A stretch of 37,964 nucleotides of DNA from Anaerohalosphaeraceae bacterium. GTDB taxonomy: Bacteria; Planctomycetota; Phycisphaerae; Sedimentisphaerales; Anaerohalosphaeraceae. This document shows, piece by piece, positions 29,612 to 37,964 of the stretch. The position numbers and the translations under genes were made by a program. The notes below the pieces were generated by a model that saw nothing but the letters and a program-made list of their open reading frames with translations, was not told the origin of the DNA and searched no databases. The stretch spans positions 1-37,964 of the forward strand of contig CAXXSL010000009.1 in the NCBI GenBank assembly GCA_963675525.2. The letters are read 5' to 3'. Numbering within the stretch: the first letter of the stretch is position 1; the number at the start of each line of letters is the position of its first letter.

Positions 29612-31297
29612 TTAGGGCGTGTGATACCGGCCGTCATACATCAGCCAGTTTTCCGCAAGCACCGCAAAATCACTTAAATTGATTGAGGGATCCGGACTGA
29701 GATTATACCCGTAACAATCCGCCGCAGGATTATCACAACCGGTGTTTAACCAGCGGGCCGCCATGTCCGTTACATCGTCGATATCCACCACATAATCGAC
29801 ATGCACATCACCCGTCAGCGGTTCAAGAATTTCAAAGGCCAACCCGTAAGCGGCCGATTCACTGCCCGATTGATTCACAACCCGGATGTCGTAGTTCCCG
29901 GTTTTTGTCAAGAGCAGGTCAACTTTTTCAAGGTTATCGATTTCAGAAGGATTCGGGTTTAAAAGAATTCCATCGGGGTCACGGACTTCCAGGTCAAGAT
30001 TTGCCAGGTAACCTGTTAACTCGCCATCATTAATCGTACTCCATGGTCTTTTGTCAGTCCACAGGACACGCCGATGCCACGTTACTGTGACAAGAAGCCG
30101 CTCGTTTGTTTTGCGTTCAATAAGGGTATAGGTATCGTTTCCGCCGGGAGATAGTGTTTCATAGGCCCATCCATTTGGGTCGCTGGTTGACGAACCAGGC
30201 GTTATTCTGTCCGACCCCAATGTCTTCAATGCCCGCAGTGCATCCAGTCGCCCATACCCACGGTCCGCCTGCCATGTTAAACCTGTCGTAGGCAACCCGG
30301 CTTTGCTGATAATATTCGGAAACGTCGAATTCACCATGACGGCCTTGATGACTTCGCCATGTTCTCTGTCGGTATCGCCGGATTCGTCGGCATAATCCAG
30401 CAAAACCGCTGCGACGCCTGCCGTATGCGGAACGGCGAAGCTGGTAAGACCGGCGGTGCCGCCACCGGAAACAACCGCCCAGGTTGTTTCACCGGTGTAA
30501 GCCGGCGCGATTTGATTAGAGGAAGGGGCAGCAATATCTGGTTTTCTTCGGTAGTCTGAGGTCGACCCTGAAAGACTCCAGCTTCCGATTTTATCATAAT
30601 CATATTCATCAGTTGATGGAGTGGTTATCAATCCGCCTGTTGTAATCCCATTGTAGGAATCGCCGGGACTGGTAGGAGGCGTCTGGTAGGGATAATACTC
30701 ATAGGATGCCGCTCCGTTTCCGACAGCATTAGCGAAAATAACATCGTAAGTGCATGCGTAGTAATCGTAAAGCAGCGACCAGAAAGATTCACCTTGGTTA
30801 ACATTTGTTGAAACGTCTTGTATGACAGCGAAAATGACCCGGCATTGTTGGGGTGATTCAACCAGCGTTTGGATGGCTGCGGCCAAATTGGAATTTAGGT
30901 CGGTAACAGCCATACTGTAAAGCGTTGCTTTGGGGGCCGCTCCGGCATTGTCGGGATAGCTGTTGGCACCCCGGGCAATGGCAATTCCTGCCGCTTGTGT
31001 GTCGTGGTCTATGTAGCTTGTGGGAGCGATGGGTGGGTTATTGATATTGAAAGCTCGTGAGCTGCCGCCGTCATTCTGGAAGGCCTCATGGGTGTCCAGG
31101 ATGTTACTGACAGAGACCAAGCCAATATTAACATCTTGCCCCAAGTAGCCTAAATCGTGAACGGCTTGGACATTGGAACCGCCGGCGCCGGTTGATTCGG
31201 ATAAACCAAAGGCAACGGCAGGGATCATTGCCCAAAACAGCACAAACTCCCTATACCGCTTCTGTATGGTTGTTGGTAAAAGAATGCGTCTTTTCAT
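29612..31297 (-). CDS. Secreted S8 (subtilisin-like) serine peptidase with dockerin-like C-terminus
   Basis: HDTQAAGI (His), NAVGN (oxyanion Asn), KPDIAAP, LTSFAVPHTAG (Ser), GYGRLDA. C-terminus GDVHVDYVVDIDD...INLSDFAVLAENWL. Start probably ATG 31297. Confidence 0.88.
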   Translation of the reverse strand: MKRRILLPTTIQKRYREFVLFWAMIPAVAFGLSESTGAGGSNVQAVHDLGYLGQDVNIGLVSVSNILDTHEAFQNDGGSSRAFNINNPPIAPTSYIDHDTQAAGIAIARGANSYPDNAGAAPKATLYSMAVTDLNSNLAAAIQTLVESPQQCRVIFAVIQDVSTNVNQGESFWSLLYDYYACTYDVIFANAVGNGAASYEYYPYQTPPTSPGDSYNGITTGGLITTPSTDEYDYDKIGSWSLSGSTSDYRRKPDIAAPSSNQIAPAYTGETTWAVVSGGGTAGLTSFAVPHTAGVAAVLLDYADESGDTDREHGEVIKAVMVNSTFPNIISKAGLPTTGLTWQADRGYGRLDALRALKTLGSDRITPGSSTSDPNGWAYETLSPGGNDTYTLIERKTNERLLVTVTWHRRVLWTDKRPWSTINDGELTGYLANLDLEVRDPDGILLNPNPSEIDNLEKVDLLLTKTGNYDIRVVNQSGSESAAYGLAFEILEPLTGDVHVDYVVDIDDVTDMAARWLNTGCDNPAADCYGYNLSPDPSINLSDFAVLAENWLMYDGRYHTP

Positions 31298-31418
31298 CAC
31301 GTCCCATAAAAAATAAAACCGTATTATAACAGGATTGAAAAGAAAAGACAACAGACATTCTGTAAGTTATTTATGAGAAATGAGTTAAAAGAAGAATATT
31401 TGGGATTTCAGTTTTGCT

Positions 31419-32840
31419 TTATCTGGAATTGTCAACAATCTCAAATGCCAGACCATAGTCCCGGTTATCCGCTTCGGTAGGATTTTTCAGGACGATCTGG
31501 TAATCGCCGTCCTCATTGAGACGTTGGCTGATTTTAATCAGGTTATTCCGGTCAGGTGTTTCAAAAACAACCATTTTGCCTGCCGGCGAAATGACTTTCA
31601 GATTAAGTTCAAACCTTACCGGCTCTTTGATATATCGTGTTGACGACAGCTTAAACAGTTTGCGGTGCCAGGTGACTGTGGCGGTCAGTTGCTGATCTTT
31701 ACGGCCGGCGAGACAGTAAACGTGCTCGGTGTTCTGCGGCATCGTATCGTAGGCCCATCCCTTTGATTGCCGGGCAGATTGATCCTTAACGATCCGACCC
31801 GCGGTTAATGTTTCATAAGCCCGCAAGGCATCCAGCCGCCCGTATCCGTAGTCCTGATTCCAGCCGGCAGAATTTGCAGCGAAACCGTTTTTGTCCAAAA
31901 GATCCGTAAATGTGCTGTTAACCATGACCGCCTTGATAACCTCAGTCCGGTCATCATCGTCCGCGGCTGTTTTTCCGGCGGCTTCAAACAGCAGGGCCGC
32001 CACCCCGGCTGTGTGCGGCACAGCAAAACTGGTCAGTCCCCGGCCGTTCGGGTCAGCCACTGTCCAGAGGTCATCGCCGCTGCTGCCTGGAACCGTCAGG
32101 TTTTCCGTCGGTGCCGCGACATCCGGTTTATTCCGACCGTCGAGTGTTGGGCCGGAGTTTGAAGCCTTGCCCGTTTGCCGGTAATGATTTTCGCTGTCTT
32201 TGCACAGTCCGGCCGTTGTGATGCCATTGTAGCTGTCACCAAAGATCGTCGTATAAGGTGTGAAGTTTCCGGCGGCATTGGCAAAGACAACGTCATACGT
32301 TTCGGCATAGTAGTCATAGATTTTTGTCCAGTACGAAGTGCCGTCCGGCACAACGTTTTTACTCGAGAACTGAATGCCGGTGACGATGACGCGGCAGTTT
32401 TTTTTCAGGATCAACTCATCCAGGGCATCTTGCACATATTTCGCCTGCACCTGCCTGCCCGAAATTCGACCGCTATGAATTTTAGCTCCCGGTGCAACCC
32501 CGATTTGATCCGGATGGGCTGGAGAGCCGGCTGAAATGATGATCCCTGCCAGGTGGGTGTCGTGGTTCGAACGGGACAATCCGTTACCGCCAAAGTCATA
32601 AAGTGTCACCGCAGAACCGTAGGGACGCTCAAACGCCGCATGACTGCTGCGTACATTGCCCACCGAGAGCAGAGCAATGTTGACCCCATCGCCGGTAATT
32701 CCTTTCTCATGTACAGCATACGCATTAACCCCATCGGCTCCGACAGCGTCCTTCATGCCGAACGTAACGACGGAAAGCAGGGCAACGGCGGAAAGAATGA
32801 CCGTATATAAGTGATGTTTTTTAAAGGTGAATAAACTCAA
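31419..32840 (-). CDS. Secreted S8 (subtilisin-like) serine peptidase, tandem paralog without dockerin
   Basis: HDTHLAGI, NAAGN, KPDVAAP, LTSFAVPHTAG, GYGRLDA. N-terminal hydrophobic signal. Confidence 0.88.
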   Translation of the reverse strand: MSLFTFKKHHLYTVILSAVALLSVVTFGMKDAVGADGVNAYAVHEKGITGDGVNIALLSVGNVRSSHAAFERPYGSAVTLYDFGGNGLSRSNHDTHLAGIIISAGSPAHPDQIGVAPGAKIHSGRISGRQVQAKYVQDALDELILKKNCRVIVTGIQFSSKNVVPDGTSYWTKIYDYYAETYDVVFANAAGNFTPYTTIFGDSYNGITTAGLCKDSENHYRQTGKASNSGPTLDGRNKPDVAAPTENLTVPGSSGDDLWTVADPNGRGLTSFAVPHTAGVAALLFEAAGKTAADDDDRTEVIKAVMVNSTFTDLLDKNGFAANSAGWNQDYGYGRLDALRAYETLTAGRIVKDQSARQSKGWAYDTMPQNTEHVYCLAGRKDQQLTATVTWHRKLFKLSSTRYIKEPVRFELNLKVISPAGKMVVFETPDRNNLIKISQRLNEDGDYQIVLKNPTEADNRDYGLAFEIVDNSR

Positions 32841-32841
32841 A

Positions 32842-33216
32842 TCAGTTGGGCACTCCTGCGTACATAATCAGGCCGCCGAATAGCGTTGCGAAGACTCCCC
32901 AGAGTCGATACATCCATTCCGGCCGCGAAATCCACCAATTCATATAGGCTTGTAGTTTAGTAAAAGGCAGCAGGCAGAACAAAATCGGACCGATTGTCAT
33001 CAAGATGCCGATCGCAATAATAATGTTTGGACGACTGCAATCCCGTGCCATAATTAAGAAGAGGATCCCAAGTACCGTTTTTGAACCGGCTGCCGCGTAA
33101 ATCGATTTGCCCCTGTTGATAAAGAGGATCATTTGCCTCATCCAAATGGGCTTGAACAGGATCGCAATTCCCATAATCGCTGTGACGGCTCCTGTCAGCC
33201 ATACAATATGTGCCAT
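32842..33216 (-). CDS. Small 4-TM membrane protein
   Basis: SD AAGGAG, 124 aa, four hydrophobic segments. It abuts the S8 gene. Confidence 0.75.
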   Translation of the reverse strand: MAHIVWLTGAVTAIMGIAILFKPIWMRQMILFINRGKSIYAAAGSKTVLGILFLIMARDCSRPNIIIAIGILMTIGPILFCLLPFTKLQAYMNWWISRPEWMYRLWGVFATLFGGLIMYAGVPN

Positions 33217-33253
33217 CGTGCGTCTCCTTTTTCTAAAAGAAGGATTGCTCGGC

Positions 33254-33805
33254 TTAATCGTCGAGTTTTTCGATCATGTCGAAGCTGATCTCAACGCTGG
33301 CGGCCTGTCCCAGCATATCCACCTGCAAAACCAGCCGCGTTTCTTTCGGCGTTTGCACTACGATCCCTTCGGTGCCCATCAGCGGCCCTGCGGTGACGCG
33401 ACAGCGCTGGCCGACCTTGATGTATTCATGCGGCAGGACGGGTTTGCCCAATGTTAACAGTGTTTCGATCGGCAGCAGTTCTTCGATCAACCGGTCTTGA
33501 TTTTCAACCTGAAGGATGTTGGCGGTGCGGTTGGTTTTTAAAACCTCCAGCCGTTCGTTTTCGCCGCCGCAGAAAAACAGGTATCCCGGAAACAGCGGCA
33601 GAAGCGAACGGAGAGTTCGTCCCCGGCATTTGGAGACTTTCCAGTGCATCGGCAGAAAGAAAGGAACCTCTTTTACGACCAGTTGCGAGGCCAGCGCCTT
33701 TTCATTTCGCGACTTCGTATGCGCAACCCACCATTGCCCGTGAAAGTCGGCAATGGAATGCTCTTCCGGCCAGATAATCGGAGGGTTTTCGCTGGCTTTT
33801 AACAC
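33254..33805 (-). CDS. NusG-family specialised antiterminator (RfaH/UpxY/LoaP-like)
   Basis: WWVAHTKSRNEKALA, PLFPGYLF (NGN domain) and GQRCRVTAGPLMGTEG (KOW). Confidence 0.88.
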   Translation of the reverse strand: MLKASENPPIIWPEEHSIADFHGQWWVAHTKSRNEKALASQLVVKEVPFFLPMHWKVSKCRGRTLRSLLPLFPGYLFFCGGENERLEVLKTNRTANILQVENQDRLIEELLPIETLLTLGKPVLPHEYIKVGQRCRVTAGPLMGTEGIVVQTPKETRLVLQVDMLGQAASVEISFDMIEKLDD

Positions 33806-33850
33806 GATTCTCGGCTCCCGTTATTACGATTATTTGTTGTCATTTATTAT

Positions 33851-33879
33851 ATGATATGTCAAAGAGACACACATGTCAA
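33851..33879 (-). promoter_or_regulatory. sigma70-type promoter of the NusG-paralog operon
   Basis: Minus strand TTGACA (33879-33874), 17 nt, TATCAT (33856-33851). Confidence 0.65.
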
Positions 33880-33900
33880 CGTTACCTGTCGTTAGATCGA

Positions 33901-34854
33901 TCACCAGACCGTTGCGACTAAGTATTCACATTCCCGGTCGAACTGCATCACGCCCTCGAAGGCTGCCGGGATCAGCAGGGTATCACCTTTTGTAAATTCG
34001 GTTGGTTCGGCCTGTTCAGCCGTGATCTGTCCGCGACCGTTCAATATCACCAAAACCTTCATCTGGCCACGGAGCAGGACCTCGCCCCCGGGCATTTGAT
34101 GACCTTTATCGACGTTAAATTCGTCCGCTTCGACGAGTCTCCCCGTATCTTTAACAGACAGGTTGTCACCGCCGGACGAATTGAAGTGAATAGCTTCGAT
34201 CGCGTCGGCCACATGAAGCTGTCGGCCTCCTCCGGTGACCGGATCAACGCGGTTCCAGTCGAAGACACGATAGGTTGTATCCGATGGCTGTTGGATTTCC
34301 GCGATAATCAGCCCGGCGCCGATGGCATGACAGGTTCCCGAAGGCAGAAAATGGCATTCGCCGACTTTAACGGGTACCTTGATCAGGTAATCAGCGCAAG
34401 TGCCGTTTTCAATCGCTTCTGCGAATTGCTCTTTTGTCGTGCCGGGCTTAAGTCCCTTGTAAATGACCGCTCCCGGATGGGCATCAATGATATACCAGCA
34501 TTCGGTTTTGGGCTTGCCTTTACCGGTTCGCTTGCACGTTGCCGCATCAGGATGAACCTGCACACTGAGCACTTCCTGTGCATCCAGTATCTTGATCAGC
34601 AGCGGAAAGGGCGGCCGATACGCATCGTTGCCTGTAATCGCCGAACCGAATTCCTCAATCACTGCATCAATCGTCTTTCCGGCCAGTAGCCCGTTGACAA
34701 TTTCGGATGTATCCTCCGGCAGATCCGCCAGTTCCCAGCTTTCACCGATTTTCGTATTGGCCGGAAGGTCCTTGCCGAAAACCTCGCGCAACCGCTGCCC
34801 GCCCCAGAGACGTTCCTTAAAGATCGGCTTAAATTTTAACGGATACAGTTTCAT
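33901..34854 (-). CDS. manA: Class I mannose-6-phosphate isomerase (cupin)
   Basis: YPLKFKPIFKERLWGG, IGESWE, FPLLIKILDA..LSVQVHP, KTECWY, GTCHAIG, EIQQPSDTTYRVFDW. Confidence 0.9.
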   Translation of the reverse strand: MKLYPLKFKPIFKERLWGGQRLREVFGKDLPANTKIGESWELADLPEDTSEIVNGLLAGKTIDAVIEEFGSAITGNDAYRPPFPLLIKILDAQEVLSVQVHPDAATCKRTGKGKPKTECWYIIDAHPGAVIYKGLKPGTTKEQFAEAIENGTCADYLIKVPVKVGECHFLPSGTCHAIGAGLIIAEIQQPSDTTYRVFDWNRVDPVTGGGRQLHVADAIEAIHFNSSGGDNLSVKDTGRLVEADEFNVDKGHQMPGGEVLLRGQMKVLVILNGRGQITAEQAEPTEFTKGDTLLIPAAFEGVMQFDRECEYLVATVW

Positions 34855-34918
34855 AGTGAATATTGTAGCGGCTTTAGTAGAATTGTCCAGTTTTAATCAG
34901 ATGCTGTGCGGGAAAGGC

Positions 34919-35866
34919 TTACAGGTATTCCAGAATGCCGTCGGCGATGGCTCGGGCGATGTTGTCCTGGAACCGGCCGTCCTCCAGCATTGCCGCTTCG
35001 GTTGGATTGGAGATGTGTCCGCATTCGACCAGTACGGCAGGACACTTGGTGTTTTTCAGAACGCGATAGTCTTCGTTTCGCATCCCCAGACTTCTTAAAC
35101 CGGTCTGCCCCATCGTTCCTTCAATAGCGCGGCCTGCTTTTTTCGAATTCTGGCTGGCCGAACGGGCGATATAAACCGTGTACCCGCGGGTATTCCGCGT
35201 ATGATTGGTATTGTTGTGAATGCTCACGAACAGATCGGGATCGATGCGATTGGCAAGAGCTGCCCGGTCCTCCAGTGTCGGATACACATCGGAATCGCGG
35301 GTCATCACGACCTCGATTCCCCCCTGACGTAAATAGGAGGCGAGTTTGAGCGATATCTTCAAATTGATTTCTTTTTCATAATAGCCCAGATAGCTTGTCG
35401 CACCGGGATCGGTGCCGCCGTGGCCGGGGTCGATGACCACCACTCCGCTGCCATAGCGTTTGGGTGTTTCATAAGGCTGATAGCCCGGCAGGGGAATGAA
35501 ATTGTCGGCAATCAGGTAGCCGCGGATTTTCGGCACAAGCAATTCAGGAACATAATATTGACCCGAGATTTCAGTGACATTACTGACAGTACCGACCGAC
35601 TTGCCGTTGACATAGATATGCCCGCCTTTGTACATGAACAGCCGAACCGTGTTTTTCGCGTTGCCCAACTCAAAATAGGGACAGCCTGCTTTTCGAACGG
35701 ACAAGCCCAACTTGGAGGCCAGTTCGTTAATAGAGACCGTGTAAGAAGGTCGAATCCGTCCGGTTTTCCCCGAGGCGGAACGCTGAGGCTCTCCGCAGCC
35801 GGTTAATAGAACACCACCTGCAAGAATAGTAGTCAGGATCAGTAGATTTTTGTATCTTAAGGGCAC
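34919..35866 (-). CDS. N-acetylmuramoyl-L-alanine amidase (Amidase_3), lipoprotein
   Basis: Lipobox LLTG|C, VVIDPGHGGTDPGA, EKEINL, TRDSD..LEDRAALAN, FVSIH, PAVLVECG. Confidence 0.92.
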   Translation of the reverse strand: MPLRYKNLLILTTILAGGVLLTGCGEPQRSASGKTGRIRPSYTVSINELASKLGLSVRKAGCPYFELGNAKNTVRLFMYKGGHIYVNGKSVGTVSNVTEISGQYYVPELLVPKIRGYLIADNFIPLPGYQPYETPKRYGSGVVVIDPGHGGTDPGATSYLGYYEKEINLKISLKLASYLRQGGIEVVMTRDSDVYPTLEDRAALANRIDPDLFVSIHNNTNHTRNTRGYTVYIARSASQNSKKAGRAIEGTMGQTGLRSLGMRNEDYRVLKNTKCPAVLVECGHISNPTEAAMLEDGRFQDNIARAIADGILEYL

Positions 35867-35981
35867 TCATTTCCCCGTGAGAACGGTATATTATTTCATC
35901 AGACCCTATTGAATCGGTTAATCCGGCCTGATTACTTTAGTTTAGTCTTTTACCGAAGCTCAAGGTCACTTTCAAGGAAAA

Positions 35982-36435
35982 TCATTCCCGAATTGATGAA
36001 TCGTCAGAAATGGACGGCAGGGATTTATCGCTGCACTTGGGACAGACGCCTTCGACGAGAATTTGCTGCCGATGCATTTGGAAACCCTCCGGCAGATCCA
36101 CCAATGTCGCTGGGATATCGGCCAGGCACTGCGTCTGCTGACAGGTACTGCACGTAAAATGCGGATGACACTGATGTTCGCTGCAGTGATGGGCCAGTTC
36201 GAAATGCCATGTTCGATTTTCCAGATAGGCTTTATGCACAAGGTCCTTTTCGACCAGGTTCATCAGCGTTCGATAAATGGTTGTTTTTATTCGGGGCCGA
36301 TGTCCCGATTTGCTCGGCAATCTGTTCCTGTGTGACGGGTGCTCCGGACGCCAGCAGGGCGTTCAGAATGGCCACGCGCGGCTGGGTCTGCCGCAGGTGA
36401 GCCGAGTTCAGTAATTCAATGGCTTTTTGTTTCAT
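35982..36435 (-). CDS. Fur-family transcriptional regulator (Zur-like), one +1 frameshift near 36285
   Basis: RQTQPRVAILNAL...|TTIYRTL, HPHFTCSTC and C-terminal GVCPKC. ORFs 36232..36597 and 35982..36320 join at an A-run (454 nt = 151 codons + 1). Confidence 0.88.
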
Positions 36436-36458
36436 ACTGTCATTCCGATACTCCACAC

Positions 36459-36489
36459 TGTCATTCCGAACGAAGTGAGGAATCTGTTT
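36459..36489 (+). repeat. Solo copy of the GIY-YIG-flanking repeat (plus partial copy at 36438-36448)
   Basis: TGTCATTCCGAACGAAGTGAGGAATCTGTTT compared with TGTCATTCCGAACGGACGTGAGGAATCTGTTT at 28788. Confidence 0.9.
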
Positions 36490-37264
36490 TTTCAGTCGCG
36501 GAAACGCCGCTTCCGTCTTTTTCCTTTTTACCGCATAAAATACAGGAATGTCCGATATGTGCCCCGTTTGTCCGCACGAACAGCATCGGAAAGACAATAT
36601 CGCTCACGCAGCAGGGCAGCCACACTGATAAAAACAGCACGACAAACATACCCGCCAGCAGCATCACGCTCATCTCCGCATGGGTATTCATCAGGATATG
36701 CGCCGACGACGCCCACGTACTAAGCAAAACATGGCTTGCGTGCGGCAGATGCGTTGCCGGTTTGAAATAGGCCAGCAGCACGCCGAGGATCGCTGCCGGA
36801 AAGACCAGGTACCATTCCTCAATAAATCCTAAATGCAGTTCTGCATGATGTTCTTCGACTTCGTGCGCATCCTCATGTTCACCAACCACTGCATCGTCGT
36901 GTTCATGCGTATCTTCATGAAGGCTTGCATGTGTCGGCACCGCCACCCCAAGAATACTCTCGCCAAAAAACGGCAGAATGCAGTCACTTAAGGTGGCCAC
37001 GCCGATGGAACCCACGATCCCGATGACCAGGATCATCAGAAAATTTTTGGCCTTGCGGTGGATCTCAAACAACGCCGCGGTCACCATCGCGCTGAGCGCT
37101 ACATGCATCGGATGAAAGACCGCGAACAACGTCTGCTCGTGTCCGCCGATAAGGGATCGCCACAAAAGCATCAGCACAATGCCGGTTATGGCGCCCACCA
37201 GGGTAAACGGCGAGTGAACTTTTAATTCGTGAACAATTTGTTTCATTTTTCCGCTAAACGACAT
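36461..37264 (-). CDS. His-rich polytopic membrane protein, probable divalent-metal (Zn/Ni/Co) permease
   Basis: 6-7 TMs with intramembrane His motifs (FHPMHV, PHASHV), loop HEDTHEHDD...HEVEEHHAELH, PCCVSDIVFP. Upstream of fur. Start is probably ATG 37264 or 37246. Confidence 0.75.
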   Translation of the reverse strand: MSFSGKMKQIVHELKVHSPFTLVGAITGIVLMLLWRSLIGGHEQTLFAVFHPMHVALSAMVTAALFEIHRKAKNFLMILVIGIVGSIGVATLSDCILPFFGESILGVAVPTHASLHEDTHEHDDAVVGEHEDAHEVEEHHAELHLGFIEEWYLVFPAAILGVLLAYFKPATHLPHASHVLLSTWASSAHILMNTHAEMSVMLLAGMFVVLFLSVWLPCCVSDIVFPMLFVRTNGAHIGHSCILCGKKEKDGSGVSATEKTDSSLRSE

Positions 37265-37310
37265 AAAGATTCCTGAAAAATAAGGCTCAAGATAGTGCTG
37301 CGTCTGGTGC

Positions 37311-37335
37311 CATGCCCACGCTTGTCGTGGGCATG
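37311..37335. repeat. Perfect REP-like hairpin in the permease leader
   Basis: CATGCCCACG-CTTGT-CGTGGGCATG (10-bp stem). Confidence 0.7.
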
Positions 37336-37355
37336 ATGAACAACGTAATAAAATA

Positions 37356-37405
37356 TGCAACCCAGTTGCAAAAAAGAATTATAGACAATTGCAACTAAGT
37401 TGCAA
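37356..37405 (-). promoter_or_regulatory. Promoter with two palindromic Fur/Zur-type operator boxes
   Basis: TGCAAC-CCA-GTTGCA (37356-37370) and TTGCAAC-TAA-GTTGCAA (37389-37405) flank a minus-strand TATAAT (37383-37378). TTGCAA (37405-37400) is a possible -35. Confidence 0.75.
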
Positions 37406-37442
37406 CAAAAATCCGGAAAAATACAGGAGGATCCCTGTTTCA

Positions 37443-37525
37443 GACCCCGAAGGGGTCGTAGTACAATAGCCGGGGGCGTGAGCCCCGGAAAAAGGGATTT
37501 TTCGTATATTGAGCCCCGGCGGGGC
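37443..37525. repeat. Three-hairpin GC-rich REP-like element
   Basis: GACCCC-GAA-GGGGTC (37443-37457), CCGGGGGC-GTGA-GCCCCGG (37470-37488), GCCCC-GGC-GGGGC (37513-37525). Confidence 0.6.
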
Positions 37526-37548
37526 GAAAGAGGGATTGATTCTTAAAC

Positions 37549-37935
37549 TCAGCTTTTAACTGCCGTTACAAGAATTTCCACCGCACCGCCCGCCGGCAAT
37601 GCACCCGCCTGGATCGCTGCCCGTGCCGGGTACGGCTCCTGAAAATAGCTCTTGTAAACCTCATTAACAGCCCCAAAGTCGGCGATATCCGCCAAAAAAA
37701 CCTGCACCTGCACCACATCCCGCATCGACATATTCGCCTTCATCAAAATCGCCATCACGTTTTCCAGTGCCTGCCGGGCCTGTGCCGCGGTTCCGCCTTC
37801 GACCAGTTTTCCCGTGGCCGGGTCGATGCCCAACTGCCCGCTGATATAAAGGGCATTCCCCGCCAACAGCGCCTGCGAATACGGCCCGATTGCCCCCGGT
37901 GCCCCATCCGTCGAAATCACTTTCCGTTCCGTCAT
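37549..37935 (-). CDS. ridA: RidA/YjgF/YER057c/UK114 family reactive-intermediate deaminase
   Basis: APGAIGPYSQA, SGQLG, NEVY..YF..PYPAR, LPAGGAVEI. Confidence 0.92.
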   Translation of the reverse strand: MTERKVISTDGAPGAIGPYSQALLAGNALYISGQLGIDPATGKLVEGGTAAQARQALENVMAILMKANMSMRDVVQVQVFLADIADFGAVNEVYKSYFQEPYPARAAIQAGALPAGGAVEILVTAVKS

Positions 37936-37964
37936 ATTATTCTCCGTTTTTTTTCCTCGGACCC

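Noticed and set aside
34919..35866. Peptidoglycan amidase in a planctomycete as a novelty
   Set aside because: Peptidoglycan and its enzymes are established in Planctomycetota.
28788..36489. CRISPR array built from the 28-bp repeat
   Set aside because: Copies are inverted or kilobases apart, not regularly spaced direct repeats with spacers. No cas genes.

Overview
A chromosomal window from an anaerobic planctomycete, most likely Phycisphaerae/Sedimentisphaerales. This is inferred from the H-X9-DG-type protein, dockerin-like 'DFAVLAENWL' C-termini, a GLUG-repeat protein, a PEP-CTERM-type protein and a PilX-like gene. Housekeeping content: U32 peptidase 5' end, pcm, an Hpt protein, bioA-bioD-nadB, carB, a glycerate-type dehydrogenase, rnpB, a YhdH-type reductase, lipB-lipA, class I mannose-6-phosphate isomerase, an Amidase_3 and RidA. 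Accessory content: tandem GH95 lipoproteins, a NusG-paralog operon with two atypical subtilases, and a Fur/Zur-regulated His-rich membrane protein. Many genes (pcm, lipA, lipB, the PilX-like gene, the GLUG gene, fur) carry single-base indels that peak at about 24-27 kb, most likely long-read consensus errors. Most notable signals: (1) a stand-alone GIY-YIG nuclease bracketed by a perfect 28-bp inverted repeat, with solo copies of the repeat elsewhere that supply stop codons to host genes, resembling a REP/RAYT-type system built on a different enzyme; (2) a four-helix-bundle gene enclosed by inverted heptamer tandem arrays; (3) an extra GNRA hairpin between P15 and P18 in a type A RNase P RNA; (4) two subtilases with Ser at the catalytic Asp position; (5) a tiny secreted acidic peptide repeating a C-terminal motif of the upstream PilX-like protein.
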